Shown piece by piece: positions 49,101 to 63,435 of a stretch of DNA of 64,000 nucleotides. The position numbers were made by a program, and so were the translations under genes. The stretch comes from Priapulus caudatus (taxonomy: Eukaryota), in the NCBI RefSeq assembly GCF_000485595.1, contig NW_014577076.1:124001-188000 (forward strand), read 5' to 3'. Under the pieces are notes generated by a model that ran no database searches, was not told where the DNA came from, and was given only the letters and a program-made list of their open reading frames with translations. The stretch's first letter is position 1; each line of letters begins with the position of its first letter.

Positions 49101-52100
49101 GCCAAAAAATGCGTTGGAATTCAGGACAAAAAGCACCATCTATATATAATGCGTGCATGTTTGCCGTTGGAATTTAACACTATGTCATTGTTAAGACATT
49201 TACTCGGTATTCCCGTGTGGGCGCGTGGCCATGAGTGCATGCGTGCGCATGCGCCTAGATATGCGTTGTACTCTGTTACATTTCCAGCCAATACATTTGA
49301 TAAAAAGAAAATTTATTGCGAACATGTTTTCTCTCTCGTGCTGAATTTCACTGCTCTTAGTCGACCGTGCGTCCTGAAACGTGTTATGAATGTGTGGCAA
49401 TCCGACAGTCACCGTTGAGGACTCGCCTAATAATAAGTTTGGCGGGTCATTTGGCTCATTTGTGTACCGTAAAATTCGTGGTCTGGAGATGCTAGCAAAG
49501 GTCAGGCTTGCGCTAACACACACGTACACATAAAAACTCAATGAGCGCAACGCGTTAGCGCCTAACTAATTGGTTCATTACCCCGTTGATGTGGTCACTT
49601 GCATTTCACGCATGCACCTGCAGGTTGCTTTCTTGTTTCCCACACTGCGGAACGTATAATTGCAGAAGGAAGACGAGATTCCGAATAGGCTGCTGTATAC
49701 TGAGCGCTTTGCATTCGTTTATACGCTATTCTGCGAACGTGGCACTGCTGCGGCAATTCGTGAAGCTATGACGCGCTGGCGTGTCAGATGCGGCGAAAGC
49801 ATGTAAGCATTTGCATGCATTACGCCCCCTCGCAAACACAGGTGGCTTCCGCGTTGTCTTACCGAAGCATTTAATTGACAATTCGTCCTCGTTTTCTCGC
49901 AGGAAATCCAAGAAAACTTCGACATTTAGTGTGACGAACCATGTTTTTCTGTTTATCTGCTCAACTAATATGAATCAACTATCAATCCGTGCAAAGTGAT
50001 GGGTTGCCGGCGAGTGTAAGACAAGCGCTAAGAAGAAGAGAAGAAGCCAAGCTTAAATCCAAGACCAGGACAACGTAAATTACCGTTTGTACCGTTTCAT
50101 GTACCGTTTCACTACATAACGTAACGAATAAGATGAAGAGCGCCATCTATAGTACAATTCAGCACTGTGCCCAGACTGTTTGAACTTCAATTATGCCCGG
50201 TCAATAGTAATTGGGTGCTATGTCAACAGAGGTGGGGAAATACTCTCAGCCAATGCATACATGTAATGCGCTCTGCTCCTATATGGATAAAATGGCCTAC
50301 AGTCACGTGGAAGAGTAGCAGTGTTTAATTAGAATTCCACAATACAAATAACCGCAATTGACCATTGCGACTATTGTAACTGGCTTCATCGTGAAACACT
50401 TTCAGGTACGAGTGCATGTCACCTTGGCGCGGTGACATGTGGGTGAAATATGTGGTGTCTCTAGATAGCTACGTTTCTCAGCTCGCCCGGATTAAAAATA
50501 ATAAAAAAAGGTTCGATCACATTTTCATCAGATAAGGATATGCCAATTCCCGTTAGTACTGTCAGTTCTGCCCTTTTTTGCAAAATATTAAACAATTTCT
50601 TATTACAAATATTGGTCTCGGGAAGAAAGCGACATAGTCAATTACATCTACTATCTCACGGAATAGTCGTGCGTACAGTCTTGTTATCCAGCTGAATGCC
50701 AACTTCTAGAGATAATGTAGTAACGAATTGACTGGTCGAAAGTTGGGTGAAGCATGTGCCTCAGACATGCATCAGCGCGGCTAAGACAGTCCAGCCAGAA
50801 AGGGTTGTCATAGCTGATAGGCAAACCGGCGGATCGATTGATGTGGTTAGTCGTGCTCAATCTGTCCCCGCGCAAAGCTGCCCGCGTGGCCACTTATTGG
50901 CCACGCCATTAACCGTGCCCAGTCCGCGTTATTGATCAGAGATCAGCAAACTGGTGGAAATTCTCGAGGCGTCGTCGTCTTCCCCGAACCGTCAGCGCGG
51001 GGGAGGCTTGACATTTTTTGCTGCTCGGCCGAGCGCAGGAGGCCGGAGTTGCTGAGAATTTATTGCGGGGGAAGTAATTGTGAATTACTCGGTTGGTTCA
51101 CATGTGTGACGCTGAAGGATGGGAGTGTGGCAGCCGCCTGATGTAACGCATCCCTCACCTTCCCACAGCGAAGCCAATGCGTAACGATTCCACCGAGCCG
51201 CGGAATGGCTACATTGTAAATTATCGAATGAAATTCACAACTACTTTATAAAACACGTATTTTACATGCTGTATATAATACAGCGACGCCTGCTTGCAAT
51301 GCAACTTTTACGTTTTCGTTAATTTGGCAACGCATGAATGGGAGGAAATTGCCGAATTATCCTAGAGTTAAATATCATCGTTCGAAGTTGTTTCACGTGA
51401 TAACAGCAGTCGCATGCGAGAAATGCGAAAAGAGATGCTTCAGCATAGCAGATGTATTTCGGAGGCATGTAGCCAGCCGACAGACCAACATTCACCATGG
51501 CACACGACCTTGATACATTGCCTTTGTCTTATATAACTACATAAATACGCTTACAATCTTGTTATTACATGTTCATCATTGGTAATAGTATTGGTGGTTT
51601 TTGCAACTGCATCTGACATTTGCACGTATACATTCACAGCCACGTTTTGAGCCAAATAATGACGATCCAAATCCAAATGAGGAAGCATTAAATCATTTTA
51701 AGTAAACGGTGTTTAAAATTGTGTAATCGGCAGTAAATCCTGGCAAACTGCTCGGTCAGCCATTAAACTTAGATGAGACACACCGAGAGGGCAAGTTAGG
51801 AAGTACACATCCTTGATAGTACAGTGATGAAAGATGTATGAAAATCTTTCATCGGCGTCGGATGAAACGTCCTCAATTCATGATCGCTTCTTGGCTTACA
51901 GCCAGCGAACCACAAAGGCTGCGAGTCTACGTGGTTTTTAGAGTAGACGTGTTCGAACATTGGGGACAGGTCTATGCACTCACGTGAATTCAGCAGTGTA
52001 AGCATGCACTCATCCATATAACCATTCTCTGAATGCATGCTTGCTGCTCGCAGTCGCAGCGCAATCCAATGAGGAGCACCATGCTCTATGCCGATGGAAA

Positions 52101-54910
52101 TTAAAACCAACAATGTTTAGGTCTTCGATGTATCGCCTCGTTAATTATTCACGTTATCCAAATACTGGCGTGGGAGTATTGCAATGCAGCGGCAGTGTAT
52201 ACACGCGTTGTTGGTGGATGTATGGCTGCGTGCATGGGCATTGCGCCCCGGCCCCCTTCCACCCCAGTTGGTGATTTTCTAGTTACGTCGCTGATTCCGT
52301 TGTTAAGTGGCCGTATCTGCAATCGAATGAAATTTGGTAATGGAGTTCGGCGAAGTGTGTAGGAACTCGGCCGTAATATTAGGCTGATCACGCTTGCGGT
52401 TACGAATCTGTAATGCCACCTTCAACTAATGCCCATTTCGGCGTGTATAGCGGCGGCAGATTGAAAATTAGATGGTATTCACTGTGAGGCGAGCTCCCAG
52501 GCTTACATGGCTGAGCGCAGTTAAGACGCTATTTTCAAACGCGGTTGCCCATACCTGCGGGCTCAAAGAGCTGGTAATTGGGTTAGTTTGTATCCTTCGT
52601 GTTGCATGTGTTTTTGTCACAAGCACGGCTAATGCAATTTGACGAACACTCGCCTAGCCGACAGGCTTGTAGTGCCGGATTATACTCGCTCTTAGCTTTC
52701 GAGTAATTTTGCACTTACCGCTGGTAGGTCACGCAGCGGGAAAATCAGGGGAGGCGGAGCACAGAGTTTTATACTTGCTGTCTCCTAAAACACAGGTAGA
52801 CGACATTACGACATGCATGGCCTATTCCTAAACCGTCTAAAAAAATATTTGCAGGAATCCGTTGTTGTTTAGTTATTTTATCGTTCTAGGTTTTCTATCT
52901 ATGTTTATGAACATCATCGTTGCAATTTTTTTAAAACTTATTGCGATTGGGCATTGGAGACAGTCGTTGAAAAAGAGATGCTACTCGTGTCACAGTCCGC
53001 ACAGTCCGCACAGTCCGTCGCGGTAGTCCCCGTGGAAATCATTATATTTCGTCTGTGTGTTTTTGCCACAGTTTACTCTTGTCTAGATTTATATACCCAA
53101 GCTGCGTATAGTGACGTGTAATGAATCATCCCGGATTTGCTAGTAATTTCCGTGTGTAATGTCGTAATTATTTATATCTTTGTTACGAGATTGCGATGAA
53201 AATGTTGGCGGCGGTTGTGAATATTTTCGTCGTAAATTCTCTGGCGCCACATGATGCTAATATTTTTCAATAACGTAGCTGATGGCGAAACACGCAGCTA
53301 ATGGTGGTGTCATTAGATATACGTCAGACTGGAGTTGTAAGCAGTACGTCTCTGTTTTCTTTCACTTTTTCGTGTTGTTTGTGTTACTATAGCAGTGGAG
53401 CGACAAACGTCGTTGGCTTGTATAAATAAAATTGCTCTAACGTTTTTGATGTTTACGGATATCGTCTCCATATGTATACATTGATGTGACAGTAACGCGC
53501 GTAGCTGCATTCCTTCAATTTCTTCTTTGCTCCACTGTATCAGTGTCCTTTTTCTAATGCGTAATCATGCACCCCTTCTCTGAGTTCTGGCATCTCCTCG
53601 AGTACGGGGTGACTAGCGTCGGCAATGCAACATCATATTACGTGACCTTCTTGTATTTCTGGAAGGTCCGCTCTACAATGCGTCAGCATCTGTATCTAGG
53701 ATTCTAATTCCGTGGGAATAGATATGCAGGTGTTGTTTTCTGGGATTTGGTGGAGCCCTCGGTATGGACTTCCTATAGTGCATATCCTGTGCGCTTGTAC
53801 AGTGCTGTGTGAGGCTGCAGTGTTTGCGGCAGAGGGAAGCTCCACCTGTCCAGTGTAGGAAGAATCCCTATCGCACTCTGTGCTCCATACTTGCTAGCAT
53901 CTTCACAACGTTTAATCATTCTTTCGTATAATGCACTATAGCATGCGCATTGCACTGCTTCGCGGCCTCTTGTTCTGTACGGTACTGTAATTTTTGCTGT
54001 GCGGCATGTATAGACGCATGTCTAATGAGTTTACGCCCCTGCGCAGATGAACATGTAGTGCGGCACTGTGTTAATGAGGTGATATTATACGCCAAGTTAT
54101 ACGTGCGCAATGAAATGCTACAGTACGTAAGGTAATAGCTATCTAGACTCATTAGTAATCGTGTGCTGTGAAGTTAAGCGTATCGGCGGCGGTGCGCGAA
54201 GACGACGCAGTCGGCGTGTGTAGAGTTGATGGCTATGGGTGGATACTGGATAGTTATAGTGAGTTTCGCAGCCGAAAATGCGCTTCACTCGAGATGAAGC
54301 AATTCGTACAATGTTGTAGAAGCCGAAGCTTTCCCAGTTTCCCATCTACTTTCGTTCTTGTCGCATTCCTCTAATGTAGTTACGGCAGGTATTATGTTCT
54401 ATGAGCTGTTGGGGCATTTAGAGTGTGCAGTACTTAATTAATTACACGTATTCTCCCCCAACCTTTCTCGTCCTCGCGTCTGCTCTCGCATTCGCTCGCT
54501 CTCTCGCTTTCTATCTCTCTATCTCTCACTCTACTGGAAGCCGTATGCATTTCCCATGTGCAAATGCAGAAAACAAGATGAAAAAGAAATATAAAGGTCG
54601 AAAATCAGACGATCGGATATGTTTCAGCCTGTATGTTAAGTCTGTGGAGAGATTGAGAATTTCGAATTCTCACTTCTATATCGGCTGACTCCTACGTCTA
54701 ACGAATTCAGAGCCTGTCAGAAAACCAGTGGTTCGTCGCAAAATAATGCGTGGCTGCCTGACGGTTTTGACGGGCGTAGATCAAAGCGGATCTCAGGTCA
54801 GTGCGTTCGCAATCCGCTGCATGGCGCTGTGTGCTATACGTGCTGCTACGTCACCTCCGCCGTGACGGCAGTGCATGGTGTAATGTTTGGAATGCATGCA
54901 TGCATGTAAC

Positions 54911-54948
54911 CAGGAGCGAATAATAGAGATCTCTATTATTCACTCCTG
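54911..54948. mobile_element. 38-bp minimal CAGGAGTG-family element (two TIRs only)
   Basis: CAGGAGCGAATAATAGAGA-TCTCTATTATTCACTCCTG flanked by ATGTAAC/ATGTAAT (7 bp). Confidence 0.7.
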
Positions 54949-57659
54949 ATGTAATTTATGTATGTAATGGCAGAGTAATGTGTAGAGGATGGTGTGTGTG
55001 AGTCAGTGGCGGAAAAGTCTATTCGAGTTTCATACGTTTAGCGTGGTGGCCCGGGAATGTAAGTTGGCCCGCGTTGCTGTCGATATAATTCTGGCTTCAG
55101 CCGATTTTCCCCCCGATGAAACGTACGACTCGACTTGGCCTGATTTAGCCAATCTTGCAATGCGATGTACGTGTGAAATCACAGATTCCTAATCATTCCT
55201 ACGTATAGCAACCATTATTGTAACGTAAATCAAGTAATCGGGCAATCGTAAAATTACACAATGGAATTATGATGGTATCCATAGTATGATTGTGTGTAAC
55301 CATCCGTTTTAAAATGTGTTTTAAATCGAATGCATTTCGGCTGAGAAGCGATCTGCTAGCTATTACTCTTCCCCGATGAGCCTCAACACACCGCATTTTA
55401 TTCAGACTCGGATCAGGAGTAGGCCTAACATAATAAACGCGTACCCACGCTTATTACTACCTCACGTTTAATCGTTGAAAATATTGGACCGATATCAGAC
55501 AGTATATCGCCTAGTGCATTCCTGACTGGATAATAAGAACAATCTCTACTGCCTTCGTGATTGAGATGAAGTCATTTATAGGAGGTACTTGGCTGTGCAA
55601 TAAATGAAACTTGTAGCGATAAAAAAATAATGACTGCCATTTAATCAGATCAGGAATACTCGGGTGTCGTTTCGAGAAAATCATTTGGCTACGTTTACAG
55701 CGACAGCGGCGGTATAGCCTCCGTGAGATTTATGAACGCAAGAATAGATAAGGAAGCGAGCATTGTGAGTCGACGTTATTAGGTAGGCAAGTAATCAGGT
55801 CGCTTTTGTGCATGTTCCGTGTCCAGATCTGCGAAACGTGGTTTCATGGTGGCGTAGTTCATCATGGCTCAGTGCGGAGTTCATTCATTCTGCGCGCCGG
55901 TCTGCTTCGCAGTACGCTCACGCACGCCGATTGCATTGGAATGCCGTTATTTCAATTGGCACATTGCATATGTGCGTCACATTTTAATCTCGGCTCTGAA
56001 GTACGCCTACGCTGAATCAGGGGCATTTAGTATAGCGACAAGGGCAGTGAGTCGATTGTCTATATACTGACTATAAAATACCATGCAGACTGCTTTCAGG
56101 GAAGCCGTGACGCTTTTTAACTGCGTGCTTTATATGTATGTAGACACACATGTGACAGATAAATACGGATGGACATAATATGTCACACGTGGAATTGTGT
56201 GGACAAACTTGTTGACAGGTTCAATCGTCATTGACAGTGTTCCGTTAGTTGTTAAGTGAACGACGGATGTGCGATGGTAGATAAAGTTTAGATTCGAAGT
56301 TCACAACTTTGTCACGTTTCGAGAAGTTTTTTTTTGCAAATACAATTACGAATTGAAATAAGCTTTTAAATCCACTATTATGGCTTTGCCGCAGACAAAG
56401 AGCATTTTCCCCCATCGGTTTTTGAAATACTGAATCTTTTATGGTCTCGAGAAGCATTCGTTATCACTGCCTCGTCTATAGCGTGCCCGTTGCTTGCACA
56501 CGCGCGCAAATCCACTCCGATGTGAAAGTAAATTCAGAAGCTTCGTAGCCGACGCGACAAAGGACGCGTTCTCTGAGATTCTTATTTGTATGCGCGAATG
56601 TATTTTCATCCCTGTGAATTCAAAAGGTGTCAGCCGCGTCCGGCTGAGAAGCGGCCGCCGTTGACCGATCGCGGCTAAGCTGTCGTCGGCGGTATATTGC
56701 AGCAAAAGAAACTGAGCAAATAAGATCGAGATTCGGCTCAAATTCATTATCGAACCGCTCTTTCGATTTCGACTAGTTGACATGCGAATGCTTTCCGAAT
56801 GGGATCAGATGTGGTGTGGTTAGCGGGTGTGGGGGTGGGGGTGGGGGAAGTTTAGAAACTAAGAAGAAAAAAGGGAACGCTCCCATCAGTGTGTAGAGGA
56901 TTTCTGTTTAAATTAGCTACGGATCTACGTACACGTATAGGCAGGGAGCCAATAAAATATGCTACAAAACGACGCAAAGCGAATTGACTGTCTAGCCTTG
57001 GATGACATTTCGTCATGGTTATGTTATCGCATACCACATATATTTGCGGCCGTAAGTGTCTGCAATCCGAGGAAGTCGTGAACATAGGTACTATTTCGAT
57101 TAAATTTCATTTCATGTGGCTGAATTGTCCTTACAAAACTTGCACTATATCTGCATTTTACGAACTGTGTGGCAATTGCTAGACAAAATTGGATGATGAC
57201 GCATGCAGCGGGCTCCGCAGCTTGGGGAACCCACTATCGGTGGTTTAGTGGACGCTCTTTCCGGATAGGCCCATTGCCTCTTGACAAGTTGAAGTAATAG
57301 CAGTTGATTTCTGGTACTTGAAAAGCACTTTGCCTAAAAATTACGACGCTTGTAATATGAGTCGAGGCTTTGTCAGGACAACTATATACATTTACGTGGA
57401 GGAGGCCCGTGTTCAGCGCGGCGTGGCGCGGCGCGGCGTGGTCAGCGATTGGCTGCAATTTGCTGCGACGACGCGTTGATGAACCGCTGCGTAATTAAAA
57501 CAAGGCGATAATAAAATCTGTCGACTGGAAAAGCGTTCGATCCTCGGGGAGCACTAGTCGGCCAGTAAACGCATCGCACGATCGGCTGCAAATGCGAAAA
57601 AAACACTGCTTCACGCGTGAATCACTGCCACGATCGTCTGCGAGGTCGGGTGCGTCTGC

Positions 57660-57712
57660 TCGTGCGTGTGTGCGTGCGTGCGTGCGTGTGTGTGTGTGCG
57701 TGCGTGCGTGTG

Positions 57713-57744
<32 letters not shown>

Positions 57745-58559
57745 CGTGCGTGCGTGCGTGTGTGCGTGCGTGCGTGTGTGTGTGCGCGTGTGTGTGTGTG
57801 TGCGTGTGTCTGTGCGTGCGTGCGTGTGTGCGTGTGTGTGTGTGGGGGGGGTCTCGTGCGTGTACGTGTGCGTGATCGTTTGTATATATGTGTGTACGTG
57901 TGCGCGAGGTGCCCAGTTCTATATAATAACACGGGTGCATCATTCTACCTGAACGCGTTCCCGTATCACTTCCATGCGACCAATGAGGCAAATTTCTCAG
58001 CCTGTTTCCACTGTCATTTTTTCCCATTGGCTTATGTTTGGCACTTGCCAGGTCACAGGTGTACTGTCAGTCTGTCACCAACTCTAGAGCGCAGATATCA
58101 AATTAAAAATGAACAAGAGTGATGCAGGTGGCAGCCGCATTTTTAAAGTCACACTAGCTACTAGCTTGCATTTGCTGATTGCGATTATCGAGCGAGGTAG
58201 TCGGCTTCCTGAGAACTATTTTAGGTTGGCTGAAAAGGGTAACAACCTTGCTACATCCAACCACAATGGGGTTCATTTGAGACATTTCTGTAGAATCATC
58301 AGAGCTAAATAACATTCCCGATCGCTGTTACAACTGTAACATGAACATGTATGTATACGTATAGAATTTCTCGGATAATCTGCGTAGGGTATACATCAAT
58401 AGTCCATAATAGAAAACTAGTGTTTCTCTTTTGGACTCTTGATATACATACAAACGAGCCCGCATGTCTGTTTTCACTGCTGCTGCTACATGGTGGCGGC
58501 GGCGGTGGTGATGTTGGTGGTGTTGGTGGTGGTGCTTCTGGTGCTGCTGCTACAGCTGC

Positions 58560-58599
<40 letters not shown>

Positions 58600-58619
58600 G
58601 CTGTTATTATTATCATTAT

Positions 58620-58680
<61 letters not shown>

Positions 58681-58690
58681 ACTGCTGCTA
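57660..58690. repeat. (GT/GCGT)n at about 57660-57900 and GGT/GTT trinucleotide tract at about 58490-58690
   Basis: Directly visible. Confidence 0.9.
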
Positions 58691-59220
58691 TTGGTGCGAC
58701 CGCGCGGTGTGACATAATGTCAGCTAAATCACTGTATCGTTGTTGCTGTACAGCCGTGAGCGTATTGCCCGTATATGCCAACAACGCCTGCATTGCAGAA
58801 AGATTGGGAGGACGCATTTTGGTGTTTTGCAGTCAATATCACCGCCGAGAATAAAACTTCTCAAATTCTCACAGGGGCACGTCGCCTGAATGCAAGAATC
58901 AGTCTCATTCACAAGAAGTCGATTTATCGGATATAGGCGCGACTACTGAGTTGGTACTTGTCTAAAACTGTAGCTGCATGAGGAAAGCAAACACGGGGAT
59001 TTCAGTGCGTAGCAGACGCAGTGGGAAAGTAAATTACATCCACTATCACCACTAACGCCTCACGCAACGGAAAGGAAAAACTAGCGAAAATCAGAATGCA
59101 CAAATATAATCAAACGTACCTCTAGACTGATGAGAGACGTGCTTGCCATCAGCACGATAACTTCTTCTTTCACGATGATACGCAACAATAGGTAGCATGC
59201 CCCAAGGAGGCTATAAAATG

Positions 59221-59354
59221 CGCGCGCCCTAGGGAGATAGGCTCAACTATATGTAGCGCGCGCCCCCTATAGGGAGATAGGCTCAACTATAGGTAGCGCG
59301 CGCCCCCTAGGGAGATAGGCTCAACTATAGGTAGCGCACGCCCTCTAGGGAGAT
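59221..59354. repeat. Tandem repeat, unit of 36-40 bp, about 3.5 copies
   Basis: Unit CGCGCGCCCCCTAGGGAGATAGGCTCAACTATAGGTAG; no variable spacers. Confidence 0.85.
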
Positions 59355-61303
59355 GCGCTTAATGGCGGCGCGTACGTGCGTGCGGTCTGCGCTCAGAATG
59401 CCGGCTGTCGTTAGGAATGATTTGTTCTGCGGAATAAGCGAGTATCGTCAGCCACGCCCAGCACTCTCCGCTCCTATATAGCGTCGCGCCGTAAAACTGC
59501 GCCGATTCCACACGTGCGCGGCAATAACGTGAGCTGTTACTACGCCGAGATGCGGCCACGAAGAAATGGTCAGCGGAGATTTTTAGGCGTTCGCAATTAA
59601 GTCGCGCAGTAACGATTGCCTCTCTGGGCGCCATGGCTTGTGAGTGGGATGCGAGCGTGAGCGAGCGAGGGGCTGAGCTGTGTGGGAGTGCAGCGTAGCA
59701 GTCAGGCTATACCGCTGCATAGTTATAGAGGTTGCTCGCTGAAGTGCGTTCTCTCCTTCGAATACAGTAAATAGGTATTGTTATCGATGGACGCGAGGGG
59801 ATGGTGGTCGAGGAAAGGGAAGCGAGGGAAAGACAGAGGGGATAAAAGAGAAATCAGAACAATACGGAGAGCGCGATATACAAGATGAGAGGGTGAGAGA
59901 GTAAGAGTTAAAACGGTTATTGCGAGATTTTTGCTCAGAAAAACTAAATAAAGCTGAATATAGTCTCACCTGACAGCGGAAATATCACTGATTACACCAA
60001 CATTAAAAATACTCATATTTTATGCAGTTATAGTATAGAAAAATGGATTTGACCACATCGTAACAAGACTAAATTTTATCGTATGGCGATAATGCCTAAT
60101 GGCAGAATTGGTAAACTTGTATTTGTGTCGGTGATGAGTTGAAAACAAGTGCATGCCTGTACTATGCCTATGGCAGATAAGCGGTGGCGCCACAAGCTAA
60201 TCTATACTTCCTGTTAGTTCAAGATGATAGAAAACGAATGTTTACAAAAACGATTAGTTCGAAACTGGCAGTTTTCGGTGAATACGAAGGTTCTAAGACA
60301 TTTTATTGTTACTCAAGCAATAACGGTAGGTGTCATGAAAGTGGTGAAAACACTGGAAAACTCTCGCAATGGTTACTTTAAAGGGCGAGAAATGGGCACG
60401 AGCACTCCTCCCGCCTATAGAAGCCATGTCGCGCGTGCAATATGTTGACACGTGTTGCGGCAATCGAGTATCATCACAAACAAGTGAGTGCCCTCATAGT
60501 CAGTCCAACGCCCCACTTTATTTGCCGTGGTTTGTCTCTTACATGCCCCCTTTCTCTTGCGAGGAGAGCTATTCAGTTAAATTGCGTTGCACGTGCATGC
60601 GGCGTGTAAATATCAAGCGGACAGTGTTAATAGGATGACAGCTGATCACGCGTGGACGCCGGTATTTCGTCAGTGCGGTTCATCTGATCTAATGAGGTTC
60701 GCTTTCCGCTCAATGGCGGGTCGTCTGTTCCAGTGCGGTTCACGCTTCGTCAGAGCGCTCCGCCCTTCAATAATGCGGTTCACACTTCGTCAATGCTGTA
60801 CACCTGATCCAATGATTAGCGCGCGATTCTGCCCGCCGTGCGATTTCGGTTTGATACCCATCATCGAGAATGATGGGTATCTTCGGCCGCTGCGGCGATT
60901 CCCTCGTCACAAAGCACCCAATTTCAGATGCTGAGTAAGCGGGATCTTGCCATCGCGTGAGATGAATGATGGCTTCGTCCGCCGTGGGTTGCGGCAGCGA
61001 GGCCATTACCCGATCCCGGTATACACTCGCCTTACTGCGGCTATGACGTGCTGGGCATACGCGATGACTGCGTGTGGGAAAACCGTGAGTTCAGCCCCGC
61101 GGACACGGAGGGTGTTTCACGTTTACGCCGCGTTTCAAATATTGCGGTTGATACTATCTTGTATGCCCGCCCATTCTGCATAAAAAGCCAGCGCCTTCGG
61201 CTTTCCTGTTCCGTGCACAGTATCAATTAAGAAAAAGATACTTGGGATCTTGTACAATGCTGTACAATGCTCTCGCTCGCTGGCGTCAGTCATTACGTGT
61301 AAT

Positions 61304-61412
61304 CAGGAGTGTATGATATATAATATATCAGGAGTGAATAATGAGACGTATCTCTATTATGTACTCGAGTCTTGATATTATTATTCACTCCTGACTATAT
61401 TATACACTCCTG
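61304..61412. mobile_element. Two nested CAGGAGTG-family mini-elements (inner 61329-61393)
   Basis: Outer TSD GTGTAAT (61297-61303, 61413-61419); inner TSD AATATAT/ACTATAT. Confidence 0.75.
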
Positions 61413-61488
61413 GTGTAATCATACTCACAAGTTTTGTCTCACAGACTGGAACGTTTTTCTCATCTCTCTCTGTCTCTCTCCCTCCCTC

Positions 61489-61527
<39 letters not shown>

Positions 61528-62476
61528 GCTTTCTCTCTCTCCATCTCGCTCTCTCCCGCCTTCACAGTGATTATGACCATGGCGTGGGTGCAAGTATGTC
61601 GCGGTTAAAGTGAACAGACGTACAGTAGAGTTACGTTCGCACATTTTGCTTTACACTTCAACATGCACCCCCGCTGTTCACGAACAATGCCTTACGTCTG
61701 GTTAGGCATTTTCTACCTGGCGTGATGTTTTACTAGCTTTGACGCATCTTGGCACTCCTCCAAAGATATACAATGCAGGCGCGAGAGTGGGTGCTTCAAA
61801 TTATCAAGGTATTATTAGCTCTTGAAATTATCTCTAAGCAGCGTCAAAATCTCCGCTGTGTATGGCCTTCTCAGAGTGAAACTAAATGCGTCTATGAAGC
61901 GTTGGTAAGGCAGCGAAGAAAGTGGGCGATATACCCAGCGGAGCCGTCAATTCTCAAAATTAGACACTATACGCACTCACCGCTTGCGGAAATAGCTTGA
62001 AGATCTGTCTGTCACTCGACGGCACCCAGCTGTGGCACGATCGCCTCACCTGAAAGCAGAACGTGTAATACGTCTTATAAGCCAAGTGAAAGACAGCAGT
62101 ACGTGACGTATATACAGTCATAGTCGACAACCCCGCGCACACATACTCCGTATAAACGTGTTGTTATCCTAGAGCAGTCGCCGGTAGCCTGTAGTTGGTA
62201 GAGCCTTCTCGCAGCGAGCTGTTATTATTCAGGCGATGTTTCGTTCGAGTGTGATTCATCTGCGGTGTGTACGCACCTGGCCTCACTATAATTCTGTGAT
62301 TTTGAGTATGAACTTACACACGTGTAGTATAAGGCAGGGTTTCGTCCTTTGCAGTTGGGCTAACGCTCCATTAGGAGTGTTCCCACTTTTGATATCATTA
62401 ATGATTAATGATTGATAATCCTAACCCTAACCCTAACCCTAACCTAAATGACATTAAACCACAAACTAATATATGA

Positions 62477-62515
<39 letters not shown>

Positions 62516-63385
62516 ATTATGACCATTAATGACATTAAAGTTGCAGTGGCAGGTAATAGTGATCGCCGCGTTTTCCTCTAACACGCGTACATCCTCGACA
62601 ACTTATGAACGCACTGATCCGTGCATGTACTTGTACCCGCGAGCGTATCTAGCTGTCATTTTCATTCGTGTTTTACGACCCTCTCACACCTGCAGTCCAG
62701 ATTTCGCGTGACTTCACGTGTTTTGTAAAGGTTCAGTTGCGGAATATTGTGGCGTACGCAATTACATGATAATCGCAGTATTGGTCGTTGTACGGGCTTT
62801 CTTGTATGTTGTTACAATACATGTATCAGGAGGATATGTGGTGCACGTCATAATAATGTTAGCAAACATTGGCCATACTGCCGATGTGGTGTTACTGTAG
62901 TATATTCATGTTGGACGAATAGTAAGTAGTTCTTGATGGGAAAAAGTGTGAAATTTAAAGTATGTCGTTTAGTTTACCACATTATTGAATATGAATGCAT
63001 ATATATTCTATCGTACGTTCAATGTCTATTTACCCACGCTCTAACATCCTGCTATCCTATAATTAAAGAAAACTCAGAGATGTTCAGCGTAACGAAATTT
63101 CAGAGGAAATTTAATATATGTTTCTATATATATGTGTGTGTGGGCGTGCGTGCTTGTCTGCATGTGTATTCGTGCGTGCTTGCGTCCGTGTGTATGTTTG
63201 TTAATTATAATAGTATGTTTGCCAATACTATTCGATACTCCAAAATAAGTGAGACAGCTGCCATTCGTCGTGGCATCATATAATTATATATTTCTACTGC
63301 CTCGTTCAGCGTGTGTGCTGTGTTCATGAGCAGGTGTGCTGGTCTGTCGTGTTACTTCACACTGTCGTGTTATACATACGGTGAC

Positions 63386-63435
<50 letters not shown>

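Noticed and set aside
59147..59180. CTGATGAG hammerhead core
   Set aside because: No stem II followed by GAAA downstream.
59221..59354. CRISPR-like 36-40 bp repeats
   Set aside because: Head-to-tail units without unique spacers; an ordinary minisatellite.
62165..62270. tRNA/SINE-like head (GTAGCCTGTAGTTGGTAGAGC); similar at about 52500
   Set aside because: Only an A-box-like stretch; no cloverleaf or convincing B-box.
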